A DNA stretch of 63,958 nt, the filler included, from Acidimicrobiia bacterium (lineage in GTDB: Bacteria; Actinomycetota; Acidimicrobiia; Spongiisociales; JAENVV01), in the NCBI GenBank assembly GCA_041577335.1. It is 5 parts of 5 records of this genome, joined end to end, with 100 filler letters (N's around TTAATTAATTAA, not from the genome) between each part and the next. Parts side by side here need not be neighbours in the genome. Positions count along the whole stretch, not along the records: positions 15,746 to 30,161 come from JBFGJH010000077.1; positions 30,262 to 43,929 come from JBFGJH010000078.1; 3 more parts are not named here. The stretch is one strand, 5' to 3'. Positions 30,070-41,078 of the stretch are shown one piece after another (positions within the stretch are counted from its first letter, which is position 1; every line of letters begins with the position of its first letter). The position numbers and the translations under genes are program-made. A model generated the notes under the pieces. That model was not told where the DNA came from. It searched no databases and saw only the letters and a program-made list of their open reading frames with translations.

Positions 30070-30161
30070 GAGGTCTGGTGGCCAGCAGGGTCTGATCGTG
30101 CGTTTGGGTCTTCCGGGTCAGATCTCACGTCGTTGCCCTCGGCTCTTCCTGCCCCCCGGCA

Positions 30162-30261
30162 NNNNNNNNNNNNNNNNNNNNNNNNNNNNNNNNNNNNNNN
30201 NNNNNTTAATTAATTAANNNNNNNNNNNNNNNNNNNNNNNNNNNNNNNNNNNNNNNNNNNN
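30162..30261. other. Artificial contig linker
   Basis: N44-TTAATTAATTAA-N44. Confidence 0.99.
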
Positions 30262-31211
30262 CCGTGGCGCTGTCCGAGCCCGAGGGCACCAGCCTGCGGG
30301 TCAGTCGCGTGATGCGTGCCTTCAGTCTCCTCTTCCGGCCTGCAGTCACATTCCTCAACTGGATCGCGTTGTCGCTCATGCGACTGCTGCGCATCCCCGA
30401 ACCCGACAAGACGCTGTCGCTCTACAGCTCCGAGGAGTTGGCGATCGTCACCGACGAATCGGCGCAGGGTGGCGAGCTCCCCGAGCTCCAGCGCGAGATC
30501 ATCCACAACATCTTCGAGCTCGAGGACCTCACCGCCGACCAACTGATGACGTCGCGCAGTCACATTCGGGCGATAGAACACGATGCCGGTCGAGCCGACA
30601 TCGCCGCACAGATCGAGGCGTCGCCCACTTCGCGCTACCCGGTCTTTGTCGACGATCTCGATCACGTCATTGGGATCCTCCACGTGAAGGACTTTGTGCG
30701 AGTCAGCCAGTCCAACGATCACGTCGACCTCACCTCGCTCGTTCGGCGGCTCCCGACCGTGAGTGGCAAGACCGGTGCCGACGTCCTCCTCACACGGTTC
30801 AGGAACGAACGCAGCCACGCCGCGCTCGTGGTTGACGAGCTCGGCGGTACGATCGGGCTCGTCACCCTCGACGACATCATCTCAGAGGTGATCGACGATC
30901 CGGCGGGAGACCACGACCTTCCTGCGGTCGTGCACGACGACGGATCGGTCACGCTCGATGGCGAGACCACGCTCACCGAATTGCTCGAGGACTACGGCTT
31001 CACCTTCCAGCACGAGGGAGTGACGACGCTTGCCGGCCTCGTCCTGGCCGAAACCGGCACCCTGCCACGCGTGGGCGCTCGAGTTGAGTCGCAGGGCCAC
31101 GAGCTCACGGTCGAAGGCATCGACGCCTACAAGTTGACCCAGATTCGGGTCGCCAGGCTCGACGCAGCCACCGACGGACCCGACTCCGGCGACGCTGCTG
31201 CGGACCACTAG
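30262..31211 (+). CDS. Hemolysin/CNNM-CBS-CorC family protein (5'-truncated)
   Basis: SRYPV, GILHVKD, VVDELGGTIGLVTLDD, TLAG. Confidence 0.9.
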
Positions 31212-31274
31212 ATCCTATCGGGCGGATGTTCTGCGGACCTGGCAGCTTCCGGGATAACGCACGACGACGTGCCG

Positions 31275-31832
31275 TCATGCGTAGTCGGGGTTGGTTTGTG
31301 ATCGTGGCCGGGTGGTAAGTGCTCCAATGCCGAAGATCGTCCAGACCCCAGCGACGCCGAGGAGGGCGATCTCAAGGAGCCGCTCGTCGATCCCCTCGAG
31401 TATTGCCCCGATGGGTATCGCCAGGACAAGGCTCCATGCCAGCAACGTAGGGGCGAAGGACCATGTCTCGAGAAGCCTCTTGCGTCGGATGTCTCGACCG
31501 ATGATGAAGAGCAGGACGACTGTCGATACGGTGTTCACGAGATAGCCGAGGTCTCCGAAGTCGTCTTCTCGACCGGCAAAGTGCGCGATTGCAGCCACTA
31601 CTCCCGCAGAGGCGGCCAGCCACCCGAGTGTCAGAAGTAGCCACCTTGGACGCTGTAAGTCACTGATGAAGGCGTATACGAGCGTCAATGCGGAGACGCC
31701 AAAGAAGAACGGTGCGATTTCGAATGCGTGATCCGGCTGGTCGTTCGTGGCAAGGATGGCGAGGCTCTTGTAACCCACGAGACTTGCGCCGAGCAACGCA
31801 CTCACCCCGCACAGAATCAGTAATGGTCTCAC
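31275..31832 (-). CDS. Hypothetical membrane protein
   Basis: About six hydrophobic segments; start uncertain. Confidence 0.55.
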   Translation of the reverse strand: MRPLLILCGVSALLGASLVGYKSLAILATNDQPDHAFEIAPFFFGVSALTLVYAFISDLQRPRWLLLTLGWLAASAGVVAAIAHFAGREDDFGDLGYLVNTVSTVVLLFIIGRDIRRKRLLETWSFAPTLLAWSLVLAIPIGAILEGIDERLLEIALLGVAGVWTIFGIGALTTRPRSQTNPDYA

Positions 31833-32072
31833 TCCCACATCTTGGAACGTACACCGTGTCACCAGGCGTGGGTGGGCACCTTGCCGCCGTGTCGATTGCT
31901 GCCGATCCGCTCAAGCTGTGGGAATCTGGGTGAACCTCTGACCGCAACGGCCGCCACCGGGTCTAGCCACCACGCATATCCGGCATCCAGCGCTACCCGG
32001 ACTCCCCACCCTGGGCCGCGTCGGTGAAGTGTTCCGGAGCCAAGCAAAAGGCCCGCGCCGAATCGCACGCAT

Positions 32073-33014
32073 TCAGTCGGCGGCGAAGTTGGTGCCGAGT
32101 GCCCCTGGGGGGTCGGGAACGAGCAGGCGGGCGATGCGGGGAGCGCGAGCGGCGAGCCGGCGGATCGAGGCCGAGTTGACGACCACGAGGCTGAGGATCA
32201 TCAGCGGGAACGGGATGGCGGGCAGTACTTGCGAGAGGCCGGGGAACACGGGCTGGAGGCGCAGCGCCACGACTTGGAGAGCCCCGAACAGGTAGCAACC
32301 GAGGGCGACTCGCATCGGCTGCCATCCGCCGAAGATCACGATGGCAAGGGCGATCCAGCCGAAACCGGCCGTAGCTCCTTCGGCCCACCCGGCTTTCTGA
32401 TCGAGCGAGAACGCCGCGCCCGAGATGCCCACCAACGCTCCTCCGACCGCCGTGGCCACGTAGCGATACCGGTTGACCACGATGCCCCGCGAGTGGGCGG
32501 CTTCGGGCCGTTCTCCGACGGCGCTGACTTCGAGGCCGCGCCGCGACCTGGCGAGGAACCACGCTGCGCCAACAATCAAGACGAGGGATCCATAGACCGA
32601 GATGTTCTGATCGAACAACGCCTGGCCGACAACGGGGATGTTTTCGAGCACCGGAATGGGCCGAGCGGTGACGGTGGGACCGGGGAGCCGGTTGAACCCG
32701 TCGCCGAGGAATCCGGCGAGGTCGGCGGCCAGGATGGTGAGGATGAACCCGACGGCGATCTGGTTGAGCTTGAGAGCTATGCCCGACCAGGCCACCAGCA
32801 GCGCTACCGCCATCGATGCCGCGGCCGCCGCCACAAAACCGGCGATCACCGAGTCCGTCGTGTAGGCAACCGCGAATCCAGTCATTGCGGACAGCAGGAT
32901 CGAGCCGTCAAGTGACAGGTTCACAACGCCCGAGCGCTCCGTGATGGTTTCGCCGATCGCCGCGTACACGAGCGGAGCGGCGGCAGCCACGATGGAAGCG
33001 AGTGTGGCTTCCAT
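32073..33014 (-). CDS. Nucleoside ABC permease
   Basis: ERSGVVNL, AVGERPEAA, GFGWIALAIVIFGGW. Confidence 0.92.
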   Translation of the reverse strand: MEATLASIVAAAAPLVYAAIGETITERSGVVNLSLDGSILLSAMTGFAVAYTTDSVIAGFVAAAAASMAVALLVAWSGIALKLNQIAVGFILTILAADLAGFLGDGFNRLPGPTVTARPIPVLENIPVVGQALFDQNISVYGSLVLIVGAAWFLARSRRGLEVSAVGERPEAAHSRGIVVNRYRYVATAVGGALVGISGAAFSLDQKAGWAEGATAGFGWIALAIVIFGGWQPMRVALGCYLFGALQVVALRLQPVFPGLSQVLPAIPFPLMILSLVVVNSASIRRLAARAPRIARLLVPDPPGALGTNFAAD

Positions 33015-34033
33015 CAGAGAGCCTCTTCTTCGCTCTTCATCTTGCGCTGGAGTTGCCAGCCGGCGACCAGGACCGCGACCAGCACAACGACGCCCTGCAA
33101 CACGCCCCCGAGAGACGAGTCGAGGTCGAGGCGCAGGTTGAGCTGCGACGAGCCCACCGAGATGGCGGCGAAGAAGAGCGCCACCGGCCCGACCCAGCGA
33201 GGCGCGTAGGCGGCCAGCAGGACAACGAGAATTGCCAAGAAGCCTCGCCCACCCGCAACCGCCGGCACCAGCTTGTGCTGGATGCCCATGGTGACGAACG
33301 AACCGGCGAGGCCGGCCGTCCCTCCGCCGATCGCGAATGCGCTGAGCATCACCGGCTCCGATCGGATGCCGACGAGACGGGCCGAGGCCAGGTTCTTGCC
33401 GACGGCCCTCAGCTCCAGGCCGAATCTGGTCGATTTGAGCACCCAGGCGACCCACCACAGAACGCCAATGGTGACGACGACTGGCGCCAGGCTCAACCTG
33501 GTGCCAGCCACGGTGGGCAGCCACACATCTTCCCGGAACAGATCGGTTCCCGACGTCGAGGCTATCCCCTCCCTTTTCCACGGACCGATGACGAGGTAGG
33601 TGGCGAAGGCTTGAGCCACGAAACCGAGTCCCAGCCCTCCAAAGATCTCGTTGACTCCGCCCCGAGTTCGTAGCAACCCGGCTGCCACTCCCCAGACAGC
33701 TCCTCCCACGACGCCGGCAATGAGCGCGGCCACCATCACCCCCCAGCCGGGGCCCGGCATGGTCCTGGCAACGGCCGTCGCGGCTATCGCTCCGGCGATG
33801 ACTTGGCCTTCGACGCCGATGTTCCAGAGGCCGGCTGAGAAGGTGACCACCAGCCCGGCACCGGCGAGCGCCAGCGGCGCCCAAGCCATGACGGTGTCGG
33901 CGATCTTGTCGGAGCTGCCGAATGAGCCACTGATGAGTACCCCGATCGCTTCAAAGGGGTTGTTGCCCGTGGCGAGGAGCAACAGCGAGGCGATCAGGAG
34001 GGCAGTAGTGGCCGAGAGGGCAGCTCGCCTCAT
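33014..34033 (-). CDS. Nucleoside ABC permease
   Basis: GLWNIGVEGQ, TRFGLELRAVGKN. Confidence 0.92.
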   Translation of the reverse strand: MRRAALSATTALLIASLLLLATGNNPFEAIGVLISGSFGSSDKIADTVMAWAPLALAGAGLVVTFSAGLWNIGVEGQVIAGAIAATAVARTMPGPGWGVMVAALIAGVVGGAVWGVAAGLLRTRGGVNEIFGGLGLGFVAQAFATYLVIGPWKREGIASTSGTDLFREDVWLPTVAGTRLSLAPVVVTIGVLWWVAWVLKSTRFGLELRAVGKNLASARLVGIRSEPVMLSAFAIGGGTAGLAGSFVTMGIQHKLVPAVAGGRGFLAILVVLLAAYAPRWVGPVALFFAAISVGSSQLNLRLDLDSSLGGVLQGVVVLVAVLVAGWQLQRKMKSEEEAL

Positions 34034-35478
34034 GACACCACCTGACCGCCAATGAGTGAACCGAGCTGGTTGGCGTCCACCGCGTTGGCGTCCACGATGT
34101 CGAGGATGTGGCCATCGAAACACACCGCTATGCGATCGCTGGAAGAGACCAATTCGTCGAGATCGGCGGACACGAACACGATTGCCGTCCCTTGGGCGCG
34201 CCGTTCGAGAATCTGGGTCCAGATCAAATCGGCGGATTCGATGTCCAGGCCGCGGGTGGGGTGCTCCATGAGCAGCAGTCGCACTTCGTCCGGCATCATC
34301 GCCAAGAGGACCCGCTGCTGGTTTCCGCCAGATAGGCCCTCGACTGAGTCGTAGGGGGCGCCCTTGATGTTGAGCCGCTCGATGGCGGCAGCCGCCCGCT
34401 CTTCCGCTCGACCCCAATCGACCTTGCTCCCGCCGAGCGCCAGCTCGAGATGCTCGACGATGGTGAGGTCGCGAAAGAGCCCTTCCTCGAGCCGACCTGC
34501 CGGTAGGAAATGGACGCCGGCAGCCATGAAGTCGCGATGGCTGCGGCGGGTCAGATCAGCATCGTCGAGGTTGATGGTTCCCTGAGATGGTTGGTCCAGA
34601 CCGGCCAGCGCCCGCAGCAAGGGAGCCTGGCCACTGCCTTCGAGGCCGGCTACGCCGAGCACCTCACCAGCATCGACCAGGAGGTTGACGTCGCTGATGG
34701 TTTGGCGACCTCCGGTGACGGCGAGCCCGTCGACCCTCAGCAGGGGAGTGCCGTGCCGGCCGGTGGCGTGCGTCGAGCTGGTGAGGACGGATCCGAACAT
34801 CATCTCGACCAGAGTTTCCGGCGGGCATGGCAACTCCCGTTCCCCGACGACTTTTCCGGCACGAATCACGGTCACGGAACGGCACAGGTCGAGGACCTCT
34901 TCGAGCTTGTGAGAGACGAACAGCACGATGAGGCCCTCCGACGCCAGCGTCCGGAGGGCATCGAAGAGCAGCTCACGTTGCCCGGTCGAGATCCCCGAGG
35001 TGGGCTCGTCGAGAATCAGGACCTTGACGCCGAGCGACAGCAGCCGCACGATCTCGAGTTGCTGTCGCTCGCCAACCGACAGCGTCCTCGTGACCCGGTC
35101 GGGGTCGAGGTCGAACCCGAGACGTTGACCGGTCTCCACGATCAGGCGGCGCGCTTCGGATCGGTCGAGGTCGGTGCCAAGGATGAAGTTCTGGATGGCA
35201 GTAAAGGGGAGAACCACCAAGGGATCCTGGTGGAGCATGCCAATTCCTGCCGCAATGGCGGCATTCGGGTCACCCAGCAGCACCTGTGTGCCGTCGAGCG
35301 TCACGGTGCCCGAATCGGCGTCTTGAAAACCCGACAAGATCTTCATGAGCGTCGATTTTCCTGCCCCGTTTTCTCCGAGCACGGCATGGAGCGCCCCCGG
35401 CTGCACCTCGAGGGTGATGCTGGCGTTGGCCTGCACGGGACCGAACCGTTTGGAGATCTGATCGATACGGAGAGTCAA
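34030..35478 (-). CDS. ABC ATP-binding protein with tandem NBDs (CUT2/nucleoside)
   Basis: GENGAGKST, LDEPT, LSGGNQQ, PTRGLD. Confidence 0.95.
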   Translation of the reverse strand: MTLRIDQISKRFGPVQANASITLEVQPGALHAVLGENGAGKSTLMKILSGFQDADSGTVTLDGTQVLLGDPNAAIAAGIGMLHQDPLVVLPFTAIQNFILGTDLDRSEARRLIVETGQRLGFDLDPDRVTRTLSVGERQQLEIVRLLSLGVKVLILDEPTSGISTGQRELLFDALRTLASEGLIVLFVSHKLEEVLDLCRSVTVIRAGKVVGERELPCPPETLVEMMFGSVLTSSTHATGRHGTPLLRVDGLAVTGGRQTISDVNLLVDAGEVLGVAGLEGSGQAPLLRALAGLDQPSQGTINLDDADLTRRSHRDFMAAGVHFLPAGRLEEGLFRDLTIVEHLELALGGSKVDWGRAEERAAAAIERLNIKGAPYDSVEGLSGGNQQRVLLAMMPDEVRLLLMEHPTRGLDIESADLIWTQILERRAQGTAIVFVSADLDELVSSSDRIAVCFDGHILDIVDANAVDANQLGSLIGGQVVS

Positions 35479-35497
35479 GTTGTCGTGACCTTAACTA

Positions 35498-35528
35498 CAT
35501 CGGGGGAGCCGTGGCGGCTCCCCCGATG
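35498..35528 (-). terminator. Stabilising/attenuating hairpin after BMP gene
   Basis: CATCGGGGGAGCCG-TGG-CGGCTCCCCCGATG 14-bp perfect stem. Confidence 0.7.
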
Positions 35529-35550
35529 ATTGATTGGCGTGAAGGTTGGT

Positions 35551-36750
35551 CTATTCGGCTGACGATGCGCCGGTGATTCCCTCGAGTAGCTGGGTGGTGT
35601 ACCAGATCTGCTGATCGGTGGCTTCTTCGCCGTCTCCCAAGAACGGTGATCCGTCTTGGAAGTTCAACGGGCCGGTGAACAGGTTGATGCTCCCATCAGC
35701 CAAGCCACTGATGAAGTCGTTCAGATCATCACGGGCGTCGCCAAGGCCGTCGCCCTCGATGAAGCCAACGGCCGTCGACGTGTTGTCGTTGATGTCATCC
35801 CAGTTGGGCTCGAGCCACACCCAGGACGCTTCAAACTCGTCGTTGCCAACAGCCTGGGCAACCTCCAGATAGGACGGTCCCCAGTTGAAGTACGGCACGC
35901 CGAGACAGATGTCCGGAGCCTCGTCACAGGCACCTTCGAAGTCGTAGGGCACAGCCCATACATTCTCGCCGGCTTCGGCCCGCTGTCCGGTGCGGACGAT
36001 GCCCTCGGTGGTGTCGATACCCGAGATGATGACATCGGCGCCACCATCGAGGAATTCGTTCGTCACCTGGGTCGGATCGAGCGTCACGCCCGGAATGGCG
36101 AACCAGAATCCGATCCAGTTGACCTCGAATGCGAGGTCCGACGGTGCGCCCCGGTACTCGTCCCAGCAGTAGTCGGCGCCGAGATACGCGGAGTTGACGA
36201 GTCGCCGGGTCTCATCGTTGATGAGCGGACCGACGTAGCCGATGCTGCCGGTCTCTGATTTCAGCGCAGCCGCGCAGCCGGCGATCATCTTGCCGAATTC
36301 CATCTTGCCCATGATGTTGCCGAGATTGTCGAGGTCCGCGTACGACTCACCGTCCTGCCAGGCGCTGTCGCCGGACGCCCAAATCATTGGAACATCCGGG
36401 TGCGCTGCGGCCGCCGCCAGGATCCCGTCTTTCATGTCGTCAGACGTCGCGAAGATCAGCTGGGCGCCCTGTTCGACCATGTCGTCGACGACTTGTTCGA
36501 CTGATGTATCCGGCCGGTCGGCTGGATTCACTTTGTCGATGACAATCATTTCGGCCCCGGTCTCGGCTTCGATGTACTCGCCGCCTTCAAAGTGGGCTTG
36601 CGACCATCCACGGTCGTCCTGAGGACCGACCAAAATCATGCCGAAGGTTTCGAGATCGCCGCCTCCCGATTCGGTGGCGTCAGAACCACAAGCAGCCGCA
36701 ACAAGCGCAAGCGCCATGAGTGCTGCGACCCAGCGCAGGTGTCGAGTCAT
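35551..36750 (-). CDS. BMP-family purine/nucleoside-binding lipoprotein
   Basis: Lipobox AAAC, GPQDDRGWSQAH, WIGFWF, NWGP. Confidence 0.9.
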   Translation of the reverse strand: MTRHLRWVAALMALALVAAACGSDATESGGGDLETFGMILVGPQDDRGWSQAHFEGGEYIEAETGAEMIVIDKVNPADRPDTSVEQVVDDMVEQGAQLIFATSDDMKDGILAAAAAHPDVPMIWASGDSAWQDGESYADLDNLGNIMGKMEFGKMIAGCAAALKSETGSIGYVGPLINDETRRLVNSAYLGADYCWDEYRGAPSDLAFEVNWIGFWFAIPGVTLDPTQVTNEFLDGGADVIISGIDTTEGIVRTGQRAEAGENVWAVPYDFEGACDEAPDICLGVPYFNWGPSYLEVAQAVGNDEFEASWVWLEPNWDDINDNTSTAVGFIEGDGLGDARDDLNDFISGLADGSINLFTGPLNFQDGSPFLGDGEEATDQQIWYTTQLLEGITGASSAE

Positions 36751-36839
36751 TGATATACCTCTCTCCGTTTTGCCCGTTCAATTCCCCCGGCGGGAGGCTA
36801 CCAGTCGGAACAGCCGGTGATTCAGGTAGCGTGGCTCTC

Positions 36840-37427
36840 ATGACTAAGCGCTGGGAAGCGATCCACCTCGACCTGCCGGACTGGCTTCAGGAGTCGGTTG
36901 CCGAGGGCTATTCCGCGGCAACGCAGACGGACCGAATGGAATTCGTGATCGATTTGGCCAGACACAATGTCCGAGCCGAGACGGGTGGCCCTTTTGCCGC
37001 AGCCATCTTCGAAACAGCGTCGGGGCGCCTGGTCGCTCCCGGCGTCAACCGGGTGGTCCCGGCGGCAGTGTCCTTTGCTCATGCCGAGATCATGGCAATC
37101 GGAGGGGCGAACACCGCGACTGGAGAATTTGATCTTGGCGGGCCCGGGCTACCGTCGATGGAGCTCGTGGCTTCGACAGAGCCCTGCGCCTTGTGCCTGG
37201 GGGCCATCGTGTGGTCAGGTGTCCGTAGTGTCGTCACGGGCGCCCGGGACGCCGATGCACGGCGCATTGGCTTTGACGAAGGCCCCAAGGTCGATGACTG
37301 GGTGGGTGCTCTGGAAGAGAGGGGAATCGGAGTGACGACCGACCTGTTGCGAGAGGCCTCGGTTGCGGTGCTCGAAGAGTACGCCGCCAGCGGCCAAATC
37401 ATCTACAACGGTCGCCGCGATGCATGA
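36840..37427 (+). CDS. Cytidine-deaminase-fold nucleobase deaminase (guanine deaminase-like)
   Basis: GGPFAA, HAE, STEPCALC, GFDEG. Confidence 0.88.
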   Translation: MTKRWEAIHLDLPDWLQESVAEGYSAATQTDRMEFVIDLARHNVRAETGGPFAAAIFETASGRLVAPGVNRVVPAAVSFAHAEIMAIGGANTATGEFDLGGPGLPSMELVASTEPCALCLGAIVWSGVRSVVTGARDADARRIGFDEGPKVDDWVGALEERGIGVTTDLLREASVAVLEEYAASGQIIYNGRRDA

Positions 37428-38838
37428 GGTTCAGCTACGTGGCGGACTGCCGGAACGTCACGTGCGCCCGGCCAGCATCGAAGAGGCGACCGATCTCCTG
37501 CAGACTCACGGATCCGATGCCAAGATCATCGCTGGTGGAACCGACCTGATTCTCGAGTTCGAGCGGCGGCAACATGCTGATGTCGAACTGCTCATCGATC
37601 TCTCCGGCATCTCCGGCCTCGACGCGATTGCCATCTCGGCAACTCATGCCGAGATCGGCGCTCTCATGACACACAACCAGATCGCCGCCAGCCCCGAGCT
37701 GCGGCGACGGGCATTGCCGCTGGTCCAAGCGTGTCGCGAGATCGGATCCCCGCAGCTGCGCAACCGGGCGACGGTTGTCGGCAACGTCGTGACTGCCAGC
37801 CCGGCCAACGACACGATCACGGCCCTGCGGGTGCTCGATGCCGAGATTGTGATCCGGTCGGTAGGGGCAACCCGAACCGTGCCGATTGCCGACTTCTACA
37901 CCGGGGTACGCCAAACCACACTCGCCGACGATGAGCTCGTGACGGCACTGCGATTCCGGCTTCTGGGAGATCAAGAGCGAGGGTTGTACCTCAAGGCAGG
38001 CAACCGGGTAGCTCAGGCGATCTCCGTGGTGCATTGCGCCCTGGTGGTCGATCTTGGTTCCGAGCCGTCCCGTGCTCGGGTTGCGCTCGGTTCGGTGGCG
38101 CCGACCATCGTCGAGTTCCAACTCGATGGAGACATGTCGGACGCGGCGATCAGTTCTTTTGCGGCGACTGCGGAGGGCAGCTTGGCGCCGATCGATGATG
38201 TTCGTGCCACGGCGGAATATCGTCGATCGTTGATCCGTACGGTGATCGCGCGAGGGATCACCTCGCTCCGTGACGGCGCTCCCACCGATGGAGTGTCGGC
38301 GCCGAACCTCTCGGCCGGCGGTTCTGCGATGGTTCGGGTACCGGCGGCAGATCTGGGCATCGATGATCTGATCACGGTCGAGGTGAACGGCAGGCAGGCG
38401 TCTGCCCCCGGAGTCGGCCTCACCCTTCTCGATTGGCTGCGCGACCAGGCAGGTCCGCATGAGGGGATCTCCCTAACGGGGACCAAGGAGGGTTGTGCCG
38501 AAGGCGAATGTGGAGCATGCACCGTTGTGTTGAACGGAGCGGCAGTGATGTCGTGCCTGGTACCGGCCGCCAGTGCACACCAGTCCTCGGTGATCACGGT
38601 CGAGGGGCTCGGAGCTCCCGCGGTTCTCGATCCCATCCAGTCGGCGTTCGTGGCGCACGGTGCCGTTCAGTGCGGGTTCTGTATCCCGGGCTTCATCGTT
38701 GCGGGGCGGGCACTGCTCGACGAGGTTCCCAACCCGTCCCGTGCGGAGATCGTCGACGCCCTGGGCGGCAACCTGTGTCGATGCACCGGCTATTTCAAGA
38801 TCATCGACGCCATCGCCGCGGTGGGAGAGGCATCATGA
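37420..38838 (+). CDS. Xanthine dehydrogenase-family FAD subunit fused to C-terminal 2x[2Fe-2S] domain
   Basis: AGGTD, QLRNRATVVGN..ASP, then GTKEGCAEGECGAC, QCGFC, GNLCRCTGY. Confidence 0.92.
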   Translation: MHEVQLRGGLPERHVRPASIEEATDLLQTHGSDAKIIAGGTDLILEFERRQHADVELLIDLSGISGLDAIAISATHAEIGALMTHNQIAASPELRRRALPLVQACREIGSPQLRNRATVVGNVVTASPANDTITALRVLDAEIVIRSVGATRTVPIADFYTGVRQTTLADDELVTALRFRLLGDQERGLYLKAGNRVAQAISVVHCALVVDLGSEPSRARVALGSVAPTIVEFQLDGDMSDAAISSFAATAEGSLAPIDDVRATAEYRRSLIRTVIARGITSLRDGAPTDGVSAPNLSAGGSAMVRVPAADLGIDDLITVEVNGRQASAPGVGLTLLDWLRDQAGPHEGISLTGTKEGCAEGECGACTVVLNGAAVMSCLVPAASAHQSSVITVEGLGAPAVLDPIQSAFVAHGAVQCGFCIPGFIVAGRALLDEVPNPSRAEIVDALGGNLCRCTGYFKIIDAIAAVGEAS

Positions 38839-41078
38839 CTGTTGGTCAGTCGCTCCCGAGGCCGGACGCACCCGCCAAGACAACCGGTGCGGCGCTCTAC
38901 CCGGGCGATCTCAAGCCCGAGCACCTGCTGCACGCTGTCATCGTCTTCAGCGGCCAACCCCACGCCCGTATGACGTCCATGGACACCTCAGAGGCAGAAG
39001 CTACGGCCGGTGTGGTGACCGTGGTGACCGCCGCCGACATTCCCCTCAACGAATACGGACTGACGATGTTTGACCAGCCCGTGCTGGTAGGGGTTGACGG
39101 AACCGGTATCAGCAGCGTGCCGAGTGACGTCAGTCGATGGGAAGGAGACCAAATCGCGGTCGTCGTCGCCGAGACGGCTGGTGCCGCACGGGAAGCCGCC
39201 GAGGCGATCCAGGTGGAATGGGAGCAACTGCCGGTGGTGGCCGACATCGACCAGGCGCTGGCCGCCGGCGCCCCACTGGTCCACGGCGAGAATGGCATCG
39301 ACGGCAACGCTTTCGTTCACTACAAGATCCGCAAAGGCGACGTGAGCGCAATGTGGGACAACGCAGCCGTCGTCATCGAGCAGGAGTACTCGGTTCCCCA
39401 CCAAGAACACGCCTATCTCCAGCCGGAGGCGGCCATTTCCTACATCGACGAGGAGGGCCGCGTCACCGTCGAGATCGGGGGCCAGTGGACCCACGAGGAT
39501 CAGGAGCAAATCGCCCATGCGCTCGAGCTGCCTGCCGACGAAGTCCGGGTGATCTACCCGGCGATCGGTGGGGCTTTTGGTGGCCGGGAAGACATGTCCA
39601 TGCAGATCGTGATGGCGGCTGCGGCCCGCAAGGCGTTCGCCGTCGGTGACCCTCGTCCCATTCGCTGCCAATGGTCTCGGGAAGAGTCGATCGTCGGTCA
39701 CCACAAACGACATCGCGGCTCGATCCACACCAAATGGGCGGCCGACGCCGACGGCAAGCTCCTCGGGGTCTGGGCCGATGCAGTCTTGGATGCCGGCGCG
39801 TACAACTACACCACCAACAAGGTGCTCGGCAACCTGCATCTCACCGTCACCGGGCCCTATCGGGTTCCAGCTGCCCATATCGACAGCCGAGCCGTCTACA
39901 CCACAACTGTTCCCGGGGGAGCGTTCCGGGGTTTCGGCTCGCCCCAGGGCGCATTTGTGGCTGAGTCTCAGATGACCAAGCTGGCGATTGCTCTTGGCAT
40001 GGACCCTGTCGAGATTCGCCGGCGCAACCTGCTGCATGAGGGCGACGACGGCCCTACCCAAACCATCATGCCGCCGGGTGTGACCATCGATGAGGTCGTG
40101 GAGGCCTGCGTCGCCGAAGCGGCTTGGGGTGAGCCGCCTCCGCCCGTGGAGCCTGTGCGGGCGTTCCGCACATTGCCCGGCTCCGAGTCGGCAACTCGCA
40201 CAGGCCGCGGATTCGGGTGTGCCTTCAAGAACATCGGTTTTAGCTTTGGGTTTCCGGAACGATGCGAGGCGGCGATCGAACTCGATGGGGATGGCGCCGA
40301 GCCATCGTCCGCGACGCTGTTTCACTCGGCGGCCGAAGTTGGGCAGGGCACGCACGTCGCTCTGACGCAGATGGCCGCCGAGGCACTCGGCCTTCCCGTC
40401 GAGCAGATCGACACTGTGTTCTCTGATACCGCTCGCACCGGTGACTCGGGCTCTGTTTCTGCCTCCCGCATGTCATTCATGGCCGGCAACGCCATCCTCG
40501 GAGCCGCCGAGGAAGCCCAGAAAGCTTGGCTGGATGGGGCGCGACCGGCGCGGGGCGAGTTCCAGTATGTCCCGCCGCCGACCGAGGTGCTCGACCCCGC
40601 CGGTGGCCCATCGGTGCCCAATTTCTGTTACGGATATGTCGCCCAAACCGTCGATCTCGCTGTCGACATCGAAACGGGACACATCCGGGTCGACCGGGTG
40701 GTCTCGGCCGTTGACGTTGGCAAAGCCATCAACCCCCAACAGGTCGTCGGCCAGACCGAAGGTGCGGTGGTTCAGGCGCACGGGTACGCAATCACGGAGA
40801 AACTCATCGTTCAGGAAGGGCGAACCATCAACCCGCGCCTGTCTCAGTACCTGATTCCCGGAATCGGTGATATCCCGCGGCGCGTCGATACGGTCATCGT
40901 CGAGTCTCATGATGCCAACGGCCCGTTCGGGGTGCGCGGAATGGCCGAGATGCCGTTCATCCCCTATGCGGCGGCAGTCGTGGCGGCGCTGTTCGACGCG
41001 ACCGGCGTGTGGTTCAACGAGTTTCCGCTCACCCCCGATCGAGTCGTGGCCGGGCTACGTGCCGCCGGCGTTTCGTGA
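38835..41078 (+). CDS. Xanthine dehydrogenase-family molybdopterin subunit
   Basis: QEHAYLQPE, GGAFGGRE, AFRGFG, GQGT, RGMAE. Confidence 0.93.
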   Translation: MTVGQSLPRPDAPAKTTGAALYPGDLKPEHLLHAVIVFSGQPHARMTSMDTSEAEATAGVVTVVTAADIPLNEYGLTMFDQPVLVGVDGTGISSVPSDVSRWEGDQIAVVVAETAGAAREAAEAIQVEWEQLPVVADIDQALAAGAPLVHGENGIDGNAFVHYKIRKGDVSAMWDNAAVVIEQEYSVPHQEHAYLQPEAAISYIDEEGRVTVEIGGQWTHEDQEQIAHALELPADEVRVIYPAIGGAFGGREDMSMQIVMAAAARKAFAVGDPRPIRCQWSREESIVGHHKRHRGSIHTKWAADADGKLLGVWADAVLDAGAYNYTTNKVLGNLHLTVTGPYRVPAAHIDSRAVYTTTVPGGAFRGFGSPQGAFVAESQMTKLAIALGMDPVEIRRRNLLHEGDDGPTQTIMPPGVTIDEVVEACVAEAAWGEPPPPVEPVRAFRTLPGSESATRTGRGFGCAFKNIGFSFGFPERCEAAIELDGDGAEPSSATLFHSAAEVGQGTHVALTQMAAEALGLPVEQIDTVFSDTARTGDSGSVSASRMSFMAGNAILGAAEEAQKAWLDGARPARGEFQYVPPPTEVLDPAGGPSVPNFCYGYVAQTVDLAVDIETGHIRVDRVVSAVDVGKAINPQQVVGQTEGAVVQAHGYAITEKLIVQEGRTINPRLSQYLIPGIGDIPRRVDTVIVESHDANGPFGVRGMAEMPFIPYAAAVVAALFDATGVWFNEFPLTPDRVVAGLRAAGVS

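Noticed and set aside
36751..36839. Purine riboswitch before the BMP or deaminase genes
   Set aside because: Only 89 bp of divergent intergenic DNA and no recognisable aptamer consensus
37420..41078. Aerobic CO dehydrogenase
   Set aside because: Active-site loop is AFRGFG, not AYXCSFR, and the context is purine catabolism
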